This document shows, piece after piece, positions 38,295 through 47,441 of a DNA stretch of 64,000 bases. Position 1 is the first letter of the stretch, and each line of letters begins with the position of its first letter. The position numbers were made by a program, and so were the translations under genes. Source of the stretch: Candidatus Undinarchaeota archaeon (GTDB lineage: Archaea > SpSt-1190 > JASMDC01); NCBI GenBank assembly GCA_964519305.1, contig CAZFHY010000001.1, forward strand, positions 64,001-128,000, in the 5' to 3' direction. The notes beneath the pieces were generated by a model. The model saw only the letters and a list, made by a program, of their open reading frames with translations. It had not been told where the DNA came from and did not search any database.

Positions 38295-39155
38295 TCACAG
38301 GAGTATAGGCCAATCCTGGGAGCGCTGGAAACGCCCCTCCGGAGGAGTGGCCTCAGGGGCGTCCTCCTTCTCCTCGATGACCCTCGGTTCTGCGTCGTAG
38401 ATATTGAAGAGGGCGTTGTAGGTGAGGTCACCCACTTCCGCGAGCTGGTCCGGGTTGTTGTTCTCGGGTTTATCATTTGGCGAGTGGATATCGGGGATTG
38501 AGTGCCCTTCCATGCGGCAGATAAAGGTGGCGTCGATCCCGGCCTTGATAAGGGCGGCCTGGTCGCTGGCACCGAAGCCGATGGAACGCTCCTCATAGGT
38601 GATGCCCATGGAGTCGGCGGTCTTCTCGATCTCCTCATTGATCCACGGGGTGGTCTTTCCGTAGTAGTCCTTGGTGATGATGACGAGGTCGGAGCCGTTA
38701 CCAATGCAGTCGAGGTTGACGGCACCCTTGATGTAGGACTTGTCCTCCTCGCTGAGAGAGGCCGCGTACTTGCGTGCACCGATGAGCCCCTTCTCCTCAA
38801 GACCGAAGGATGCGAACCTGATGTTGATCTTGGCCTCGTTGCGCACGAGCGCGTCGGCTAGCTCAAGGAGCATCACCGAGCCCGAACCGTTATCGTTGGC
38901 GCCAGGTGAGTTGGAAACGGTGTCGTGGTGGGCGCAAACGACAAGGTACTGGTCGGAGTCCGGGTCGCCGCGGTAGTCCGCGAACACGTTCTCGTCCTCG
39001 TTGGAGTACCAGCTGATGGGGGTCACTTCAGTGGCAAGGCCCAGCGCCTCGAACTGCTCGCGCATGTACTCACCACGTCCGGTGTTATCCTCTATCTCGC
39101 ATAGCTCGTAGAGATGGGCTATGGCCGCATCTCCATCTATAATACTCTCATACAT
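38295..39155 (-). CDS. M28 family metallopeptidase
   Basis: AHHD, GANDNGSG, FGLEEKGLIGA, NLDCIG, SDQ, IHSPND. Start trimmed to ATG 39155. Confidence 0.88.
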   Translation of the reverse strand: MYESIIDGDAAIAHLYELCEIEDNTGRGEYMREQFEALGLATEVTPISWYSNEDENVFADYRGDPDSDQYLVVCAHHDTVSNSPGANDNGSGSVMLLELADALVRNEAKINIRFASFGLEEKGLIGARKYAASLSEEDKSYIKGAVNLDCIGNGSDLVIITKDYYGKTTPWINEEIEKTADSMGITYEERSIGFGASDQAALIKAGIDATFICRMEGHSIPDIHSPNDKPENNNPDQLAEVGDLTYNALFNIYDAEPRVIEEKEDAPEATPPEGRFQRSQDWPILL

Positions 39156-39225
39156 AGCAGTATCCCCGTCAGCCAATTCCAGCAGGGTCCGATGCTTTAA
39201 TATCTTTCCCTCGAAAGGATAGACG

Positions 39226-39552
39226 ATGCCGAAGTTGACGTGCCCCGCCTGCGGGCACGGGTGCTGGGTGGAATCGAGACTGTTCACCATCGTCAAGTGC
39301 CCTCAGTGCGAGGACCCGTTCGTCGTTAGCGAACGGGATGGAGAGCTCGTGGCCCAACCGGCCTTGTGCACCGGGTGTGGAAAGGACACACACCCGGACC
39401 AACTTTCCCAGAGATGGGACTCAGGGTACGGCTGGGGCCTCTTGTGCCAAGAATGTCAGGAGGAATGGGACCGGGAGTTCCCGACAATGACACTTGAGGG
39501 CGCTGTCGCCCGGTTGCGAGAGGATAACGGGCTACCGAAATGGAGGGCGTGA
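39226..39552 (+). CDS. Small double zinc-ribbon protein
   Basis: Four CxxC pairs (CPAC, CPQC, CTGC, CQEC); TATA TTTAATAT at 39196; stop overlaps the next ATG (TGATG). Confidence 0.7.
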   Translation: MPKLTCPACGHGCWVESRLFTIVKCPQCEDPFVVSERDGELVAQPALCTGCGKDTHPDQLSQRWDSGYGWGLLCQECQEEWDREFPTMTLEGAVARLREDNGLPKWRA

Positions 39553-41876
39553 TGCCCCTGCGCGTTCACCGCGCACGAACGGTCGTGCTCGTCCTCCTCG
39601 TGTTGCTCGGGTGCGGTGCTGCGATCTCAGTGGACGGTACCTCCGAGGAATGGGACCATTCGAAGGCCGTGCAGGACCCTGCTGATGACACGCTCCTGGA
39701 CGTCCCAGGCCTCGACATAAGCTCGTTCTCCGTAGAGGTCGACAACGATACGGTCTACCTGATGGTCGGTACATGGTACCCGCTCCGTTCCGATGACCTC
39801 CTCCTAGAGCTAACTCTGGGGGATATGGTGTTGAACATTGACGGAAAAGGAGCGCGGTGGTGGCGGGACGGGACGGACTACCCGCCGGTCTGGATCGAGG
39901 AGGCCCAGGTGGCCTTCGACGAGGTCATCGAGCTGTCCATCCCTCGCTCGAAGGTACGGGGCGACCCGTTACATATCGAGCGCCTGAACCTCTGGGTCTC
40001 GGGTGACACCAGCGCGGCGGACGTGGCGGATGCCTGTCCCTTGAGTTTCGGAGAGCACCAAATCGCTCCCGTCCTCGCCGGGGTACATCAGGTCGACGGG
40101 CTCGCCAGCGAGTGGGGTGCGCCAATAGCACGTGACAGGGAGGGCGATGCTCCCGGACCGGACAGGGACATCTCTGCGATATACCTCGAGGTAGAGGGGG
40201 AGGACCTACATCTCGCCATGTCCACTGCAGGTGACAGTGTGCCGCTCAACGCCATGTTGGAGCTCACGCTCGGGGACGCAATCCTCAACATCGATCGAGA
40301 GGGAGTGCGTTGGTACGACAAGGGTACCGAGTTCCCGCCGCGGAAGCTCGAGGGGGCCGCGGTCGCCCTCGGCGAGCTGTTCGAGGTGAAGCTACCGATC
40401 GAGCACGTCCTCATAGGTGATGTGGTATACATCGAGCGCCTGAACCTCTGGACGGAGGGGCGTCCTGACGATCAGGGTGATTTCGCTCCATTGGCGTTCA
40501 ACACGACGACCAACACCATAGCCGATCCCGTCGCCTCCCTTTCCGTCGATATAAGACACGGAAAAGGCACCCATCTGGAGGTCAAGCTGACCGTCGAGGG
40601 TGCCGATGGCTTTGTGGACATGGGGTTCTTTCGTGGCACCTGCCCATTCGTCCGGCAACCGGCGGGAGGACGCGCTCGGGGCCGTGGGACATGTGGGTTC
40701 AGGATCACCCTCCCCTCCGCGCCCGTGTATTACACGGTCGACCTTGAGACCATTCAAGGGAGCGATCCGTTCGCACGGCTCGCTAACGATGTATGGGTCA
40801 TCCCGCTAGCGGTGCTGCTACCAGAAGTACGCAACGCCCGGATCTCCGAGGTGTCCCTGCACTTCGACCTACCGGATGGTTGGAACGCCGTTGCACCGAT
40901 GGTCCAGAACGAACCGGGGGTCTTTTTCGCACAGGGATTGCCGTTCACGGAGGTGCGGATGCTACGTGTCCTGCTCGGTCGGTTCGAGCGCTTGGACGAC
41001 AGGATAGAGGATGTGAGCTTCTCCCTCTTCCACGCAGGTATCCCTGCCGAACGCGTCAAGCTGTCCGTGGAGCGTATCAAGCGATACCTCCCCTATTGTC
41101 AGAAGGTGTTCGGTGAGTGGCCGGGTGGTGACCTCTCCGTTGTCGTCATCGGTCCACGCGATCCCTCATCAGGTTTCTGCCACGGGGTGGTCGAAGGTGG
41201 TATGGTGGTCGTCGACGCGCGACAACAGTGCAACGAGGAGGCTCACGAGGTCGTCCATCTCTGGATGATGGGCTCCATCCGCATCGCATCTCTCAAGGAC
41301 CGATGGCTCGGCGAAGGTGTGGCAGAGTACTATGGCCTCAAGACACGGCTGATGACCGATGAGTGGGACGAAGCGAGATTTCTCAGTGAACTGCGCGAGC
41401 GTGCAGCCCAGCCGCCAGGTTGGTACGTGGACCTCGTGAACGCCGGTGAACGGAGCGAGACCGATCCCCAGGCCGTCCAGGCCCTCTATGCAAAAGGTGC
41501 ACTTGCCATCTACCTGCTAGATAAGGAGATGGTCGAAAAGACGGGGGATGTGCGTGGGCTCGACCTCCTCATGCAGCGCCTGTACAATGAGTATGGACGA
41601 ACCGGACGGGCGGTCACGACGAGCGATGTCATCGAAGAGGCATCGTCCATAGTGGGCGAGGACCTAGGGCCGTTCATCCGGGCCCTGCTCGACGGCACAG
41701 CGCCGATCCCGGAAGAGCTAACTCCCTCCCTGGCAGCCGTGAAGGCCGATCCTAGTGACGAGAGGTGCGAGATAGAGCTGGCCCGACTCCAGAGGCGGGA
41801 ACGTTCGCTGCTCGTACTGCTCGCCCTACTCGCAGTATTCGCACTTCGGAGAGGCCGACAGGTGAGCGAGGACTAG
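39552..41876 (+). CDS. Membrane-anchored secreted gluzincin (M1/M61-like) with duplicated N-terminal domain
   Basis: Signal peptide; two similar ~150-aa domains (VDG..EW, LELTLGD, IERLNLW; 21-nt identity at 39975 and 40431); AHEVVHLW...WLGEGVAEY...YAKGAL; C-terminal TM plus RRGR. Confidence 0.85.
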   Translation: MPLRVHRARTVVLVLLVLLGCGAAISVDGTSEEWDHSKAVQDPADDTLLDVPGLDISSFSVEVDNDTVYLMVGTWYPLRSDDLLLELTLGDMVLNIDGKGARWWRDGTDYPPVWIEEAQVAFDEVIELSIPRSKVRGDPLHIERLNLWVSGDTSAADVADACPLSFGEHQIAPVLAGVHQVDGLASEWGAPIARDREGDAPGPDRDISAIYLEVEGEDLHLAMSTAGDSVPLNAMLELTLGDAILNIDREGVRWYDKGTEFPPRKLEGAAVALGELFEVKLPIEHVLIGDVVYIERLNLWTEGRPDDQGDFAPLAFNTTTNTIADPVASLSVDIRHGKGTHLEVKLTVEGADGFVDMGFFRGTCPFVRQPAGGRARGRGTCGFRITLPSAPVYYTVDLETIQGSDPFARLANDVWVIPLAVLLPEVRNARISEVSLHFDLPDGWNAVAPMVQNEPGVFFAQGLPFTEVRMLRVLLGRFERLDDRIEDVSFSLFHAGIPAERVKLSVERIKRYLPYCQKVFGEWPGGDLSVVVIGPRDPSSGFCHGVVEGGMVVVDARQQCNEEAHEVVHLWMMGSIRIASLKDRWLGEGVAEYYGLKTRLMTDEWDEARFLSELRERAAQPPGWYVDLVNAGERSETDPQAVQALYAKGALAIYLLDKEMVEKTGDVRGLDLLMQRLYNEYGRTGRAVTTSDVIEEASSIVGEDLGPFIRALLDGTAPIPEELTPSLAAVKADPSDERCEIELARLQRRERSLLVLLALLAVFALRRGRQVSED

Positions 41877-42796
41877 AGAAGTGTATCGCGGGACACAGGC
41901 GTGCCCTGGACCGGGATGAGCTCGTCCGTACCGAAACGCTCGGCGTATTCGCGCCACACGCCTTCACAGATCAGGTTGTACCTGCACACATGACATTGCG
42001 GCCCCTTACGCTTGTCATCCTCTCTGCGTGACCGCCTGTACTCACGCTCCACACGCCCAGGCTCACGCACCTCGCACGAGGCCATATGCAGCTCGATGGC
42101 CTGTTGCTTATGGTCCGGCATGAGACAGTAGGGTATGGCTTCATAGAAGGCAGGGATCCCCGCAGAGGTGGTCACGTCCAGGGCCTCGGCCACGTACCTG
42201 GCCGCCTGGGATATGACTGGGACTATGGTGTCCGCTTCGACTTCAGCGTTGCCCATGGGATGGACGAAGTCGAACTGCATGGAGTCCGGCCCGAATTCGA
42301 TAAGGAACCTCGCGATGTCAGGGAGCACTGCATAGTTCGGTTTCGCGACCACCGTATTGGTGATGACGGTCAGCGGGGCATCGCACACGTTACGCAGCCC
42401 CGCGATGGCCTGGTCAAAAGCGCCCGGCGATTTGGTGAGGTGATCATGGAGCGCGGCCACGTGCCCATGGACGGCCGGTACAACCTGGGTGAGGCCCGCG
42501 GCAACAAGGTCGTTCACGAGGTCACGATAACTGAGCATCCGGGCATTCGTCTGGAGCTGGACATCGCGATAGCCTAGACGATGCGCCATGGTGATTATGT
42601 CGACAAGTTTGGGGTCAAGGGTGGGCTCGCCACCCGTGATCACGAGGAAGTCGGCACCATCAGCTCGACCTGCGCGAAGGTCACCCTCAACATCTGTTAG
42701 GTTCTTGGACCTGCGGCCCCGCTTGTCAGCTACAGCACAGAAGCGGCAGTTATTGTTACAGCTGTAGCCCAATTTTAGGTCTAAACGATGCACCAT
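41873..42796 (-). CDS. HxsC-like radical SAM maturase (paralog 1)
   Basis: CNNNCRFC, TGGEPT, QTN, EAIPYC, C-terminal CHVCRYNLICEGVW; starts 25 nt after the precursor stop. Confidence 0.85.
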   Translation of the reverse strand: MVHRLDLKLGYSCNNNCRFCAVADKRGRRSKNLTDVEGDLRAGRADGADFLVITGGEPTLDPKLVDIITMAHRLGYRDVQLQTNARMLSYRDLVNDLVAAGLTQVVPAVHGHVAALHDHLTKSPGAFDQAIAGLRNVCDAPLTVITNTVVAKPNYAVLPDIARFLIEFGPDSMQFDFVHPMGNAEVEADTIVPVISQAARYVAEALDVTTSAGIPAFYEAIPYCLMPDHKQQAIELHMASCEVREPGRVEREYRRSRREDDKRKGPQCHVCRYNLICEGVWREYAERFGTDELIPVQGTPVSRDTLL

Positions 42797-42821
42797 CTGT
42801 CGCTACTAGTCCCCGTCCGGC

Positions 42822-43160
42822 TTAATGGCTGTTGCAGTGAGACCCGTGCGAGGTATGGCTGTCGTGGTTCGAGTGGGCAGGGTCGTAGTGGGAGTGCACA
42901 GCCTTTATGGTCGAACCGGAGTAGTGGATTCCCGCAGCGCTCTGAGAGTGATCGTACGGGTTGTTGGTATGCGACGCATGTGAACTGTGGCTGCCATGGC
43001 TCGTATGCCAACTTGTCGCTGGTTTGGCTATGAGGCTGGAGAACGCATAGCCCGACAGGATGGCCCCCATGGAAAACAGATTTCTCTTTGTGATCCTGCC
43101 CTCCTCCTCTACGAGGAAGGACTTGATGCTTTTCTGAATCTTTGGTAGTGTCTTTGTCAT
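42822..43160 (-). CDS. hxsA: His-Xaa-Ser repeat RiPP precursor (HxsA-like)
   Basis: WHTSHGSHSSHASHTN and HSNHDSHTSHGSHCNSH blocks; GGAGTGA ribosome-binding site; flanked by HxsB/C/D-like genes. Confidence 0.9.
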   Translation of the reverse strand: MTKTLPKIQKSIKSFLVEEEGRITKRNLFSMGAILSGYAFSSLIAKPATSWHTSHGSHSSHASHTNNPYDHSQSAAGIHYSGSTIKAVHSHYDPAHSNHDSHTSHGSHCNSH

Positions 43161-43214
43161 CGTTGATCACTCCAGCTAGTACTCACTCTCTGTTACATAC
43201 TATAGATTAGCTAG

Positions 43215-43222
43215 CTTATAAA
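43215..43222 (-). promoter_or_regulatory. TATA box (TTTATAAG) for the precursor gene
   Basis: Lies in the AT-rich 96-nt gap between the hxsB stop and the hxsA start. Confidence 0.55.
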
Positions 43223-43256
43223 CCTATCGTCGGCTTAAAAGGCATCCGGTACCCCT

Positions 43257-44684
43257 TTAGTCAAGCGTTCTCGCCCATTCGAGAAGGATCGAGCGGTCCT
43301 TTGGATCCACGATGATTTTATGGAATAGGTGCTCAACGAGCCCGCCCCGTATCGCGCATTCCTTATCCATGGGGAGCTTGGACACCAGATTCCCTTGGGA
43401 ACCATAGGTGCAAACGGCACACGAGCCGCAATAGGGGTGCCAGATACAGGTGTCGCACATGGTGCATACATGGGATGTCAGCCCCACGAGGTGTTGGACC
43501 TGAGGTGAGGTGAACACTCCCTTGTAAGTATCATCCCGCACATTGCCGATGCGGAATATATCGAAGGAACGTGATTCATCACATGCGTAGATATCGCCGT
43601 CCTGGGTATAGGCCACCTGGTTGAGGGCCGCACCGCAGGGTGAACCGAAGCACGTGTACGTAGAGGCTTTCAAGCACAGGATCTTACGCAGAACGATCGT
43701 GGCCATGTTCTCATGCATGCGCACGCCCTGTCGGTTGAGGTCGATTATGTACTCGAGCGTGTCCTTGTAGAAGCGCATGAACTCGTCGGCGGAGTAGCCC
43801 ACCTCTTTCCATCGCTCGGCTGCGAACCCTGCGTCATTGAGCTGGCGGATCCGGATGTTGGGGAAGCCCCATTTCACGTACTCGTCGACGATCTCCTTTC
43901 CGTACGAAAGGGAGTGCTTCGAGATGGTCGGAAGAGCTGAGAGGCCTACATGCTTGATGTTGCGGATGCGGTTGATCCAGTAGGTGACATTCTCGTATGA
44001 ACCAGCGCCACCAAAGTACCGTCGGTTCGCGTCGTGGACCTCCTCGGGCCCGTCCAGTGATGTGCAAAGGCCGAACCTGTTGGAGGCAAGATAGTCGAGC
44101 TTGTCGTCCGTCATCAGGGAGAGGTTGGTGACCATGAGGAAGGTCATCCGCTTCTTCTTGAGATGGGCCTGGTCCTTGGCGTACTCGGTTATGTAGTGGA
44201 CCATGTCGAACGCCGCCAGAGGCTCACCCCCCTGGAACTCGAGTGTAAGGTCCCGGCCAGGAGACTGCATGATGAAGTCCACCGTAGCACGGGCGGTCTC
44301 CTCGTCCATGTCCACGCCTGTCGTATCCATGGGGCGGGATTTCGCATGACAATAGACACAGGTGAAGTTGCACCGCAGGGTGGGGACCACTATGTGGAGC
44401 ACGACGCCACGGTCGAGGTGGGCGAAGCGACTGCGATATTGCTCTGCCAGTCCGTCCATGTCATCTTCATGCACCATGACACCGATACCACGGAGCGTGA
44501 GCATCAGGTTCGGGTCCTCGGTGATGCGGCCTAGTCGAAGGAGATCGTACTCACGCTTGGTAAGAACCGCCCACGAACCATGATCCGCGGTGATCAGGTA
44601 CTTGTCCTTCGCCAAACGCTTCGTCTGATAGCGGTTGATGAGGTGCGGTCCCTCGCTGAGTCCCTCAAAGAAGGTCTCTACCAT
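43257..44684 (-). CDS. hxsB: His-Xaa-Ser system radical SAM/SPASM maturase HxsB
   Basis: LHIVVPTLRCNFTCVYCHA, LEFQGGEPL, TSLDGPEEVHDANR, SPCGAALNQVAYTQDGDIYACDE, CDTCIWHPYCGSCAVC. Confidence 0.9.
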   Translation of the reverse strand: MVETFFEGLSEGPHLINRYQTKRLAKDKYLITADHGSWAVLTKREYDLLRLGRITEDPNLMLTLRGIGVMVHEDDMDGLAEQYRSRFAHLDRGVVLHIVVPTLRCNFTCVYCHAKSRPMDTTGVDMDEETARATVDFIMQSPGRDLTLEFQGGEPLAAFDMVHYITEYAKDQAHLKKKRMTFLMVTNLSLMTDDKLDYLASNRFGLCTSLDGPEEVHDANRRYFGGAGSYENVTYWINRIRNIKHVGLSALPTISKHSLSYGKEIVDEYVKWGFPNIRIRQLNDAGFAAERWKEVGYSADEFMRFYKDTLEYIIDLNRQGVRMHENMATIVLRKILCLKASTYTCFGSPCGAALNQVAYTQDGDIYACDESRSFDIFRIGNVRDDTYKGVFTSPQVQHLVGLTSHVCTMCDTCIWHPYCGSCAVCTYGSQGNLVSKLPMDKECAIRGGLVEHLFHKIIVDPKDRSILLEWARTLD

Positions 44685-44688
44685 GCAT

Positions 44689-44931
44689 CTACGCCTTCAT
44701 GATGCCGAGCACGTAGTTCAGGAACTCATAACCGAGCTGGTTGATCCTGATCTTCTTGCTCCGTGGAGTGAGGGTCACTCGCACGAGGCCTTCAGCATCT
44801 CCATCAACGTACACCCAGCAGGTCTCGAGATAGGCCTGGGAGGCCTGCATTACCGCGTCCATCGGATAGAAACGGGTATCAAGGTCGAGCACGACGGTCC
44901 TGAGATCCTTATCGACAGTGACGATCTTCAT
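44689..44931 (-). CDS. HxsD-like protein (short copy)
   Basis: LDTRFYPMDAVMQASQAYL...YEFLNYVL; clearly paralogous to the adjacent HxsD. Confidence 0.75.
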   Translation of the reverse strand: MKIVTVDKDLRTVVLDLDTRFYPMDAVMQASQAYLETCWVYVDGDAEGLVRVTLTPRSKKIRINQLGYEFLNYVLGIMKA

Positions 44932-44934
44932 GCG

Positions 44935-45420
44935 CTACTCCTCCGTTCCGCTCCAGGGCTTGGCGATCCCTTCAGGATCATCCCTGTACGAGGAGTCTCC
45001 CTCTGATGGAGGGCACCCGCACGGATCGGCGCCGGAGTCGGCGCTCTCGCTGGTCAGGAATGCGCGGCGCACGATGGCGTCCCGCACGTCCTGGTTCCGC
45101 GCTGTCTGGATCGTGTAGACCGCGTAGTTGATGAGCTCGTTGTTGAACTCTCTACCGAGCTTCTCGAGGCTCTCCCGCTTGCTCTTCGGCCGGATCTCCA
45201 CAAGGACCTCTTCCTGCGGATCACCGCCGAGGATCAGGTACGCCCTGTCCATGAGGACATAGGCTGCTGAGTAGATGATCTGGAGCGGATAGATCCGGGG
45301 ATTCACGGATACGAGTATATACCCCTCCTTTTTGTGAATCTCGAGATTATTGATCACGCTAAAACCCTCGTTCGGGTCTTTCTTCGATTCTGGTTTTTTC
45401 TTCGTCGCACGCTTAGCCAT
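44935..45420 (-). CDS. hxsD: His-Xaa-Ser system protein HxsD-like
   Basis: VNPRIYPLQIIYSAAYVLMDRAY...REFNNELINYAVY...VRDAIVRRAF, with DDPEGIAKPW near the C-terminus. Start trimmed to ATG 45420. Confidence 0.82.
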   Translation of the reverse strand: MAKRATKKKPESKKDPNEGFSVINNLEIHKKEGYILVSVNPRIYPLQIIYSAAYVLMDRAYLILGGDPQEEVLVEIRPKSKRESLEKLGREFNNELINYAVYTIQTARNQDVRDAIVRRAFLTSESADSGADPCGCPPSEGDSSYRDDPEGIAKPWSGTEE

Positions 45421-45456
45421 GGAACGCACCCCGGAAGGCCGGAAGGCCTTGCAAAG

Positions 45457-45465
45457 CTTTAATAG
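45457..45465. promoter_or_regulatory. Candidate bidirectional TATA (CTTTAATAG) between the two arms of the Hxs cluster
   Basis: Most TATA-like box in the 110-nt gap between ATG 45420 (-) and ATG 45531 (+). Confidence 0.45.
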
Positions 45466-45530
45466 TTTGCGCTCGGCCTTTCCCATTGCCTGCTCTTCCT
45501 ATGCTGGCCTCTCGTTTGGATGTTTTGGCG

Positions 45531-46463
45531 ATGGGGATCAAGAGACTTGATTTGAAGGTTGGATTCGCCTGTAACAACAACTGCCGGTTCTGTGTCGTCG
45601 CCGACAAGCGGAGGCTCGGGAACCTGAGCACAGGACAGCTCAAGGAGAACATCGTTAACGGCGCCCGCTCGGGTGCCAAGGAGATCGTCTTCACTGGTGG
45701 TGAGGTCACCCTCCGCAAGGACCTTCTGGAACTCATCCGGTTCGCCAAGAACCAAGGTTTCACAAGGCTCCAGCTCCAGTCGAACTGTAGGATGCTGTTC
45801 TACAAGGATTTCATCCACAAGCTCCTTGACGCCGGTATCAATGAGTTCTCCCCTTCGATCCATGGATCGACCCCCGAGGTGCATGATGGTCTAGTTCGCG
45901 CTCCCGGCGCATACAAGCAGACGCTGGGCGCCATCCGTAACCTCGTCGACATGGACCTCCGAGTACTCACGAACACGGTCATCACACGTCAGAACTACGA
46001 GCAGCTGCCCCAGATTGCCCAGATACTCATCGATATCGGTGTCATGCAGTACCAGTTCGCCTTCGTACATGCGGAGGGGAACGCCTACAAGTACTTTGAC
46101 GAGATAGTCCCCCGGAAGTCGGTGATACAGCCCTATGTCCACAAGGGCGTGGATCTGGGAGCGGAGTCCGGTACATCGATGATGGTAGAGGCCTACCCGT
46201 TCTGCTTCATGGTGGATCGGGAGCAGTACTGCTCTGAGCTATTCATCCCCGAGACCGAGGTCCGCGAGGCCGATCGCGTTCTTGAGAACTTCAGTGATGT
46301 CCGTCGGAACGTCGCCAAGCTCAAAGGCCCGGACTGTCCTCGATGCAGATACTACCCTATCTGCGAAGGACCATGGAAGGAGTATCCCGAGAAATTCGGA
46401 TGGGAAGAGTTCGTGCCAGTGCCCGGTCAGCCCATCACCGATCGGCTAGAACTGCTCCACTGA
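45531..46463 (+). CDS. HxsC-like radical SAM maturase (paralog 2)
   Basis: RLDLKVGFACNNNCRFCVVADKR (close to paralog 1), TGGEVT, EAYPFC, CPRCRYYPICEGPW. Confidence 0.85.
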   Translation: MGIKRLDLKVGFACNNNCRFCVVADKRRLGNLSTGQLKENIVNGARSGAKEIVFTGGEVTLRKDLLELIRFAKNQGFTRLQLQSNCRMLFYKDFIHKLLDAGINEFSPSIHGSTPEVHDGLVRAPGAYKQTLGAIRNLVDMDLRVLTNTVITRQNYEQLPQIAQILIDIGVMQYQFAFVHAEGNAYKYFDEIVPRKSVIQPYVHKGVDLGAESGTSMMVEAYPFCFMVDREQYCSELFIPETEVREADRVLENFSDVRRNVAKLKGPDCPRCRYYPICEGPWKEYPEKFGWEEFVPVPGQPITDRLELLH

Positions 46464-46472
46464 GGGGCCATC

Positions 46473-47441
46473 ATGGCGACCCACCTTTTACGGCTAGGCC
46501 ATTCCTGTGACCACGCATGCCGCTATTGCACCGTGGCGGACGATCCCGATCCAGAGCTCTCCCGGGAGGATGCGCTGGCCCGCGTCGATGCAGTGCCCAA
46601 GGGCGAGGGATTGACCATCACCGGTGGAGAACCTACTCTGCACCCCGACCTACTGGAGATAGTCCGGCGGGCGAAGGAGCGGGGACTCTTCCCCGTTGAC
46701 CTCCAGACGCACGGAGCGCACCTGTGCGATGCATCCCTGGTGGAGCGTCTACAGGAAGCGGGGCTCGATATAGCCCTTGTGTCCGTACCGTCACATGAGA
46801 AGAAGGTCTATCACGAGCTCACCGGCAAGGACGACCTTGACAAAGTACTGGCCGGTATCAGCGCGCTCCTGGAGGTCGGTATCGAGACGAACATAGACCA
46901 CGTCATCACAGCACGCACTTACCGTTCCCTCCCGGACTTCGTAGACGTCATCGGCAAGCGATTCCCGGGGGTCAACCGTATCCTCCTTGGGATGGTGCGG
47001 CCCAATGGAGCATGCGCCCGGCATCCCGAGCTGGTTCCCCGTCTGGTAGAGCTGGAACCTTTCCTGTATGATGCGCTGGACCGCCTTCGGAACAGGCGCG
47101 CGTACTACGAGGTGGAAGGTGTGCCCTTGTGCTATCTTCAGGGATACGAGCATCATAACGCTGAGACGCAGCGCGCCCTTGACGCCCCTGTTTCCTACGC
47201 TGGAGGTAAGCGGCGGCGCGATATCCACGGATTCGTGCATTCCCAGTTGAAACGCAAAGCGGCCGTATGTGAGCGCTGCCTTCTGGACCCGCTCTGTGTA
47301 GGGGTGTGGGTGGAGTATGCCCAGCTCAACGGGACGAACGAACTGTTCCCGGTGTTCACTCCACCGGACCGTGTGCGTGAACGGATGGAACGGTACTATC
47401 AGCGATGGAGGGAGGAGTATCGTAGACGTAGGTCTAGGTAA
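46473..47441 (+). CDS. HxsC-like radical SAM maturase (paralog 3)
   Basis: CDHACRYC, TGGEPT, EGVPLC, CERCLLDPLCVGVW. Confidence 0.85.
   Translation: MATHLLRLGHSCDHACRYCTVADDPDPELSREDALARVDAVPKGEGLTITGGEPTLHPDLLEIVRRAKERGLFPVDLQTHGAHLCDASLVERLQEAGLDIALVSVPSHEKKVYHELTGKDDLDKVLAGISALLEVGIETNIDHVITARTYRSLPDFVDVIGKRFPGVNRILLGMVRPNGACARHPELVPRLVELEPFLYDALDRLRNRRAYYEVEGVPLCYLQGYEHHNAETQRALDAPVSYAGGKRRRDIHGFVHSQLKRKAAVCERCLLDPLCVGVWVEYAQLNGTNELFPVFTPPDRVRERMERYYQRWREEYRRRRSR

Noticed and set aside
39156-39296. N-terminal extension of the M28 peptidase
   Set aside because: It overlaps the divergent Zn-ribbon gene and the shared TATA box.
43070-43125. Precursor leader FLVEEEG as an Flp/class III prepilin cleavage site
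   Set aside because: The Gly is followed by charged RITKR rather than the hydrophobic pilin helix.
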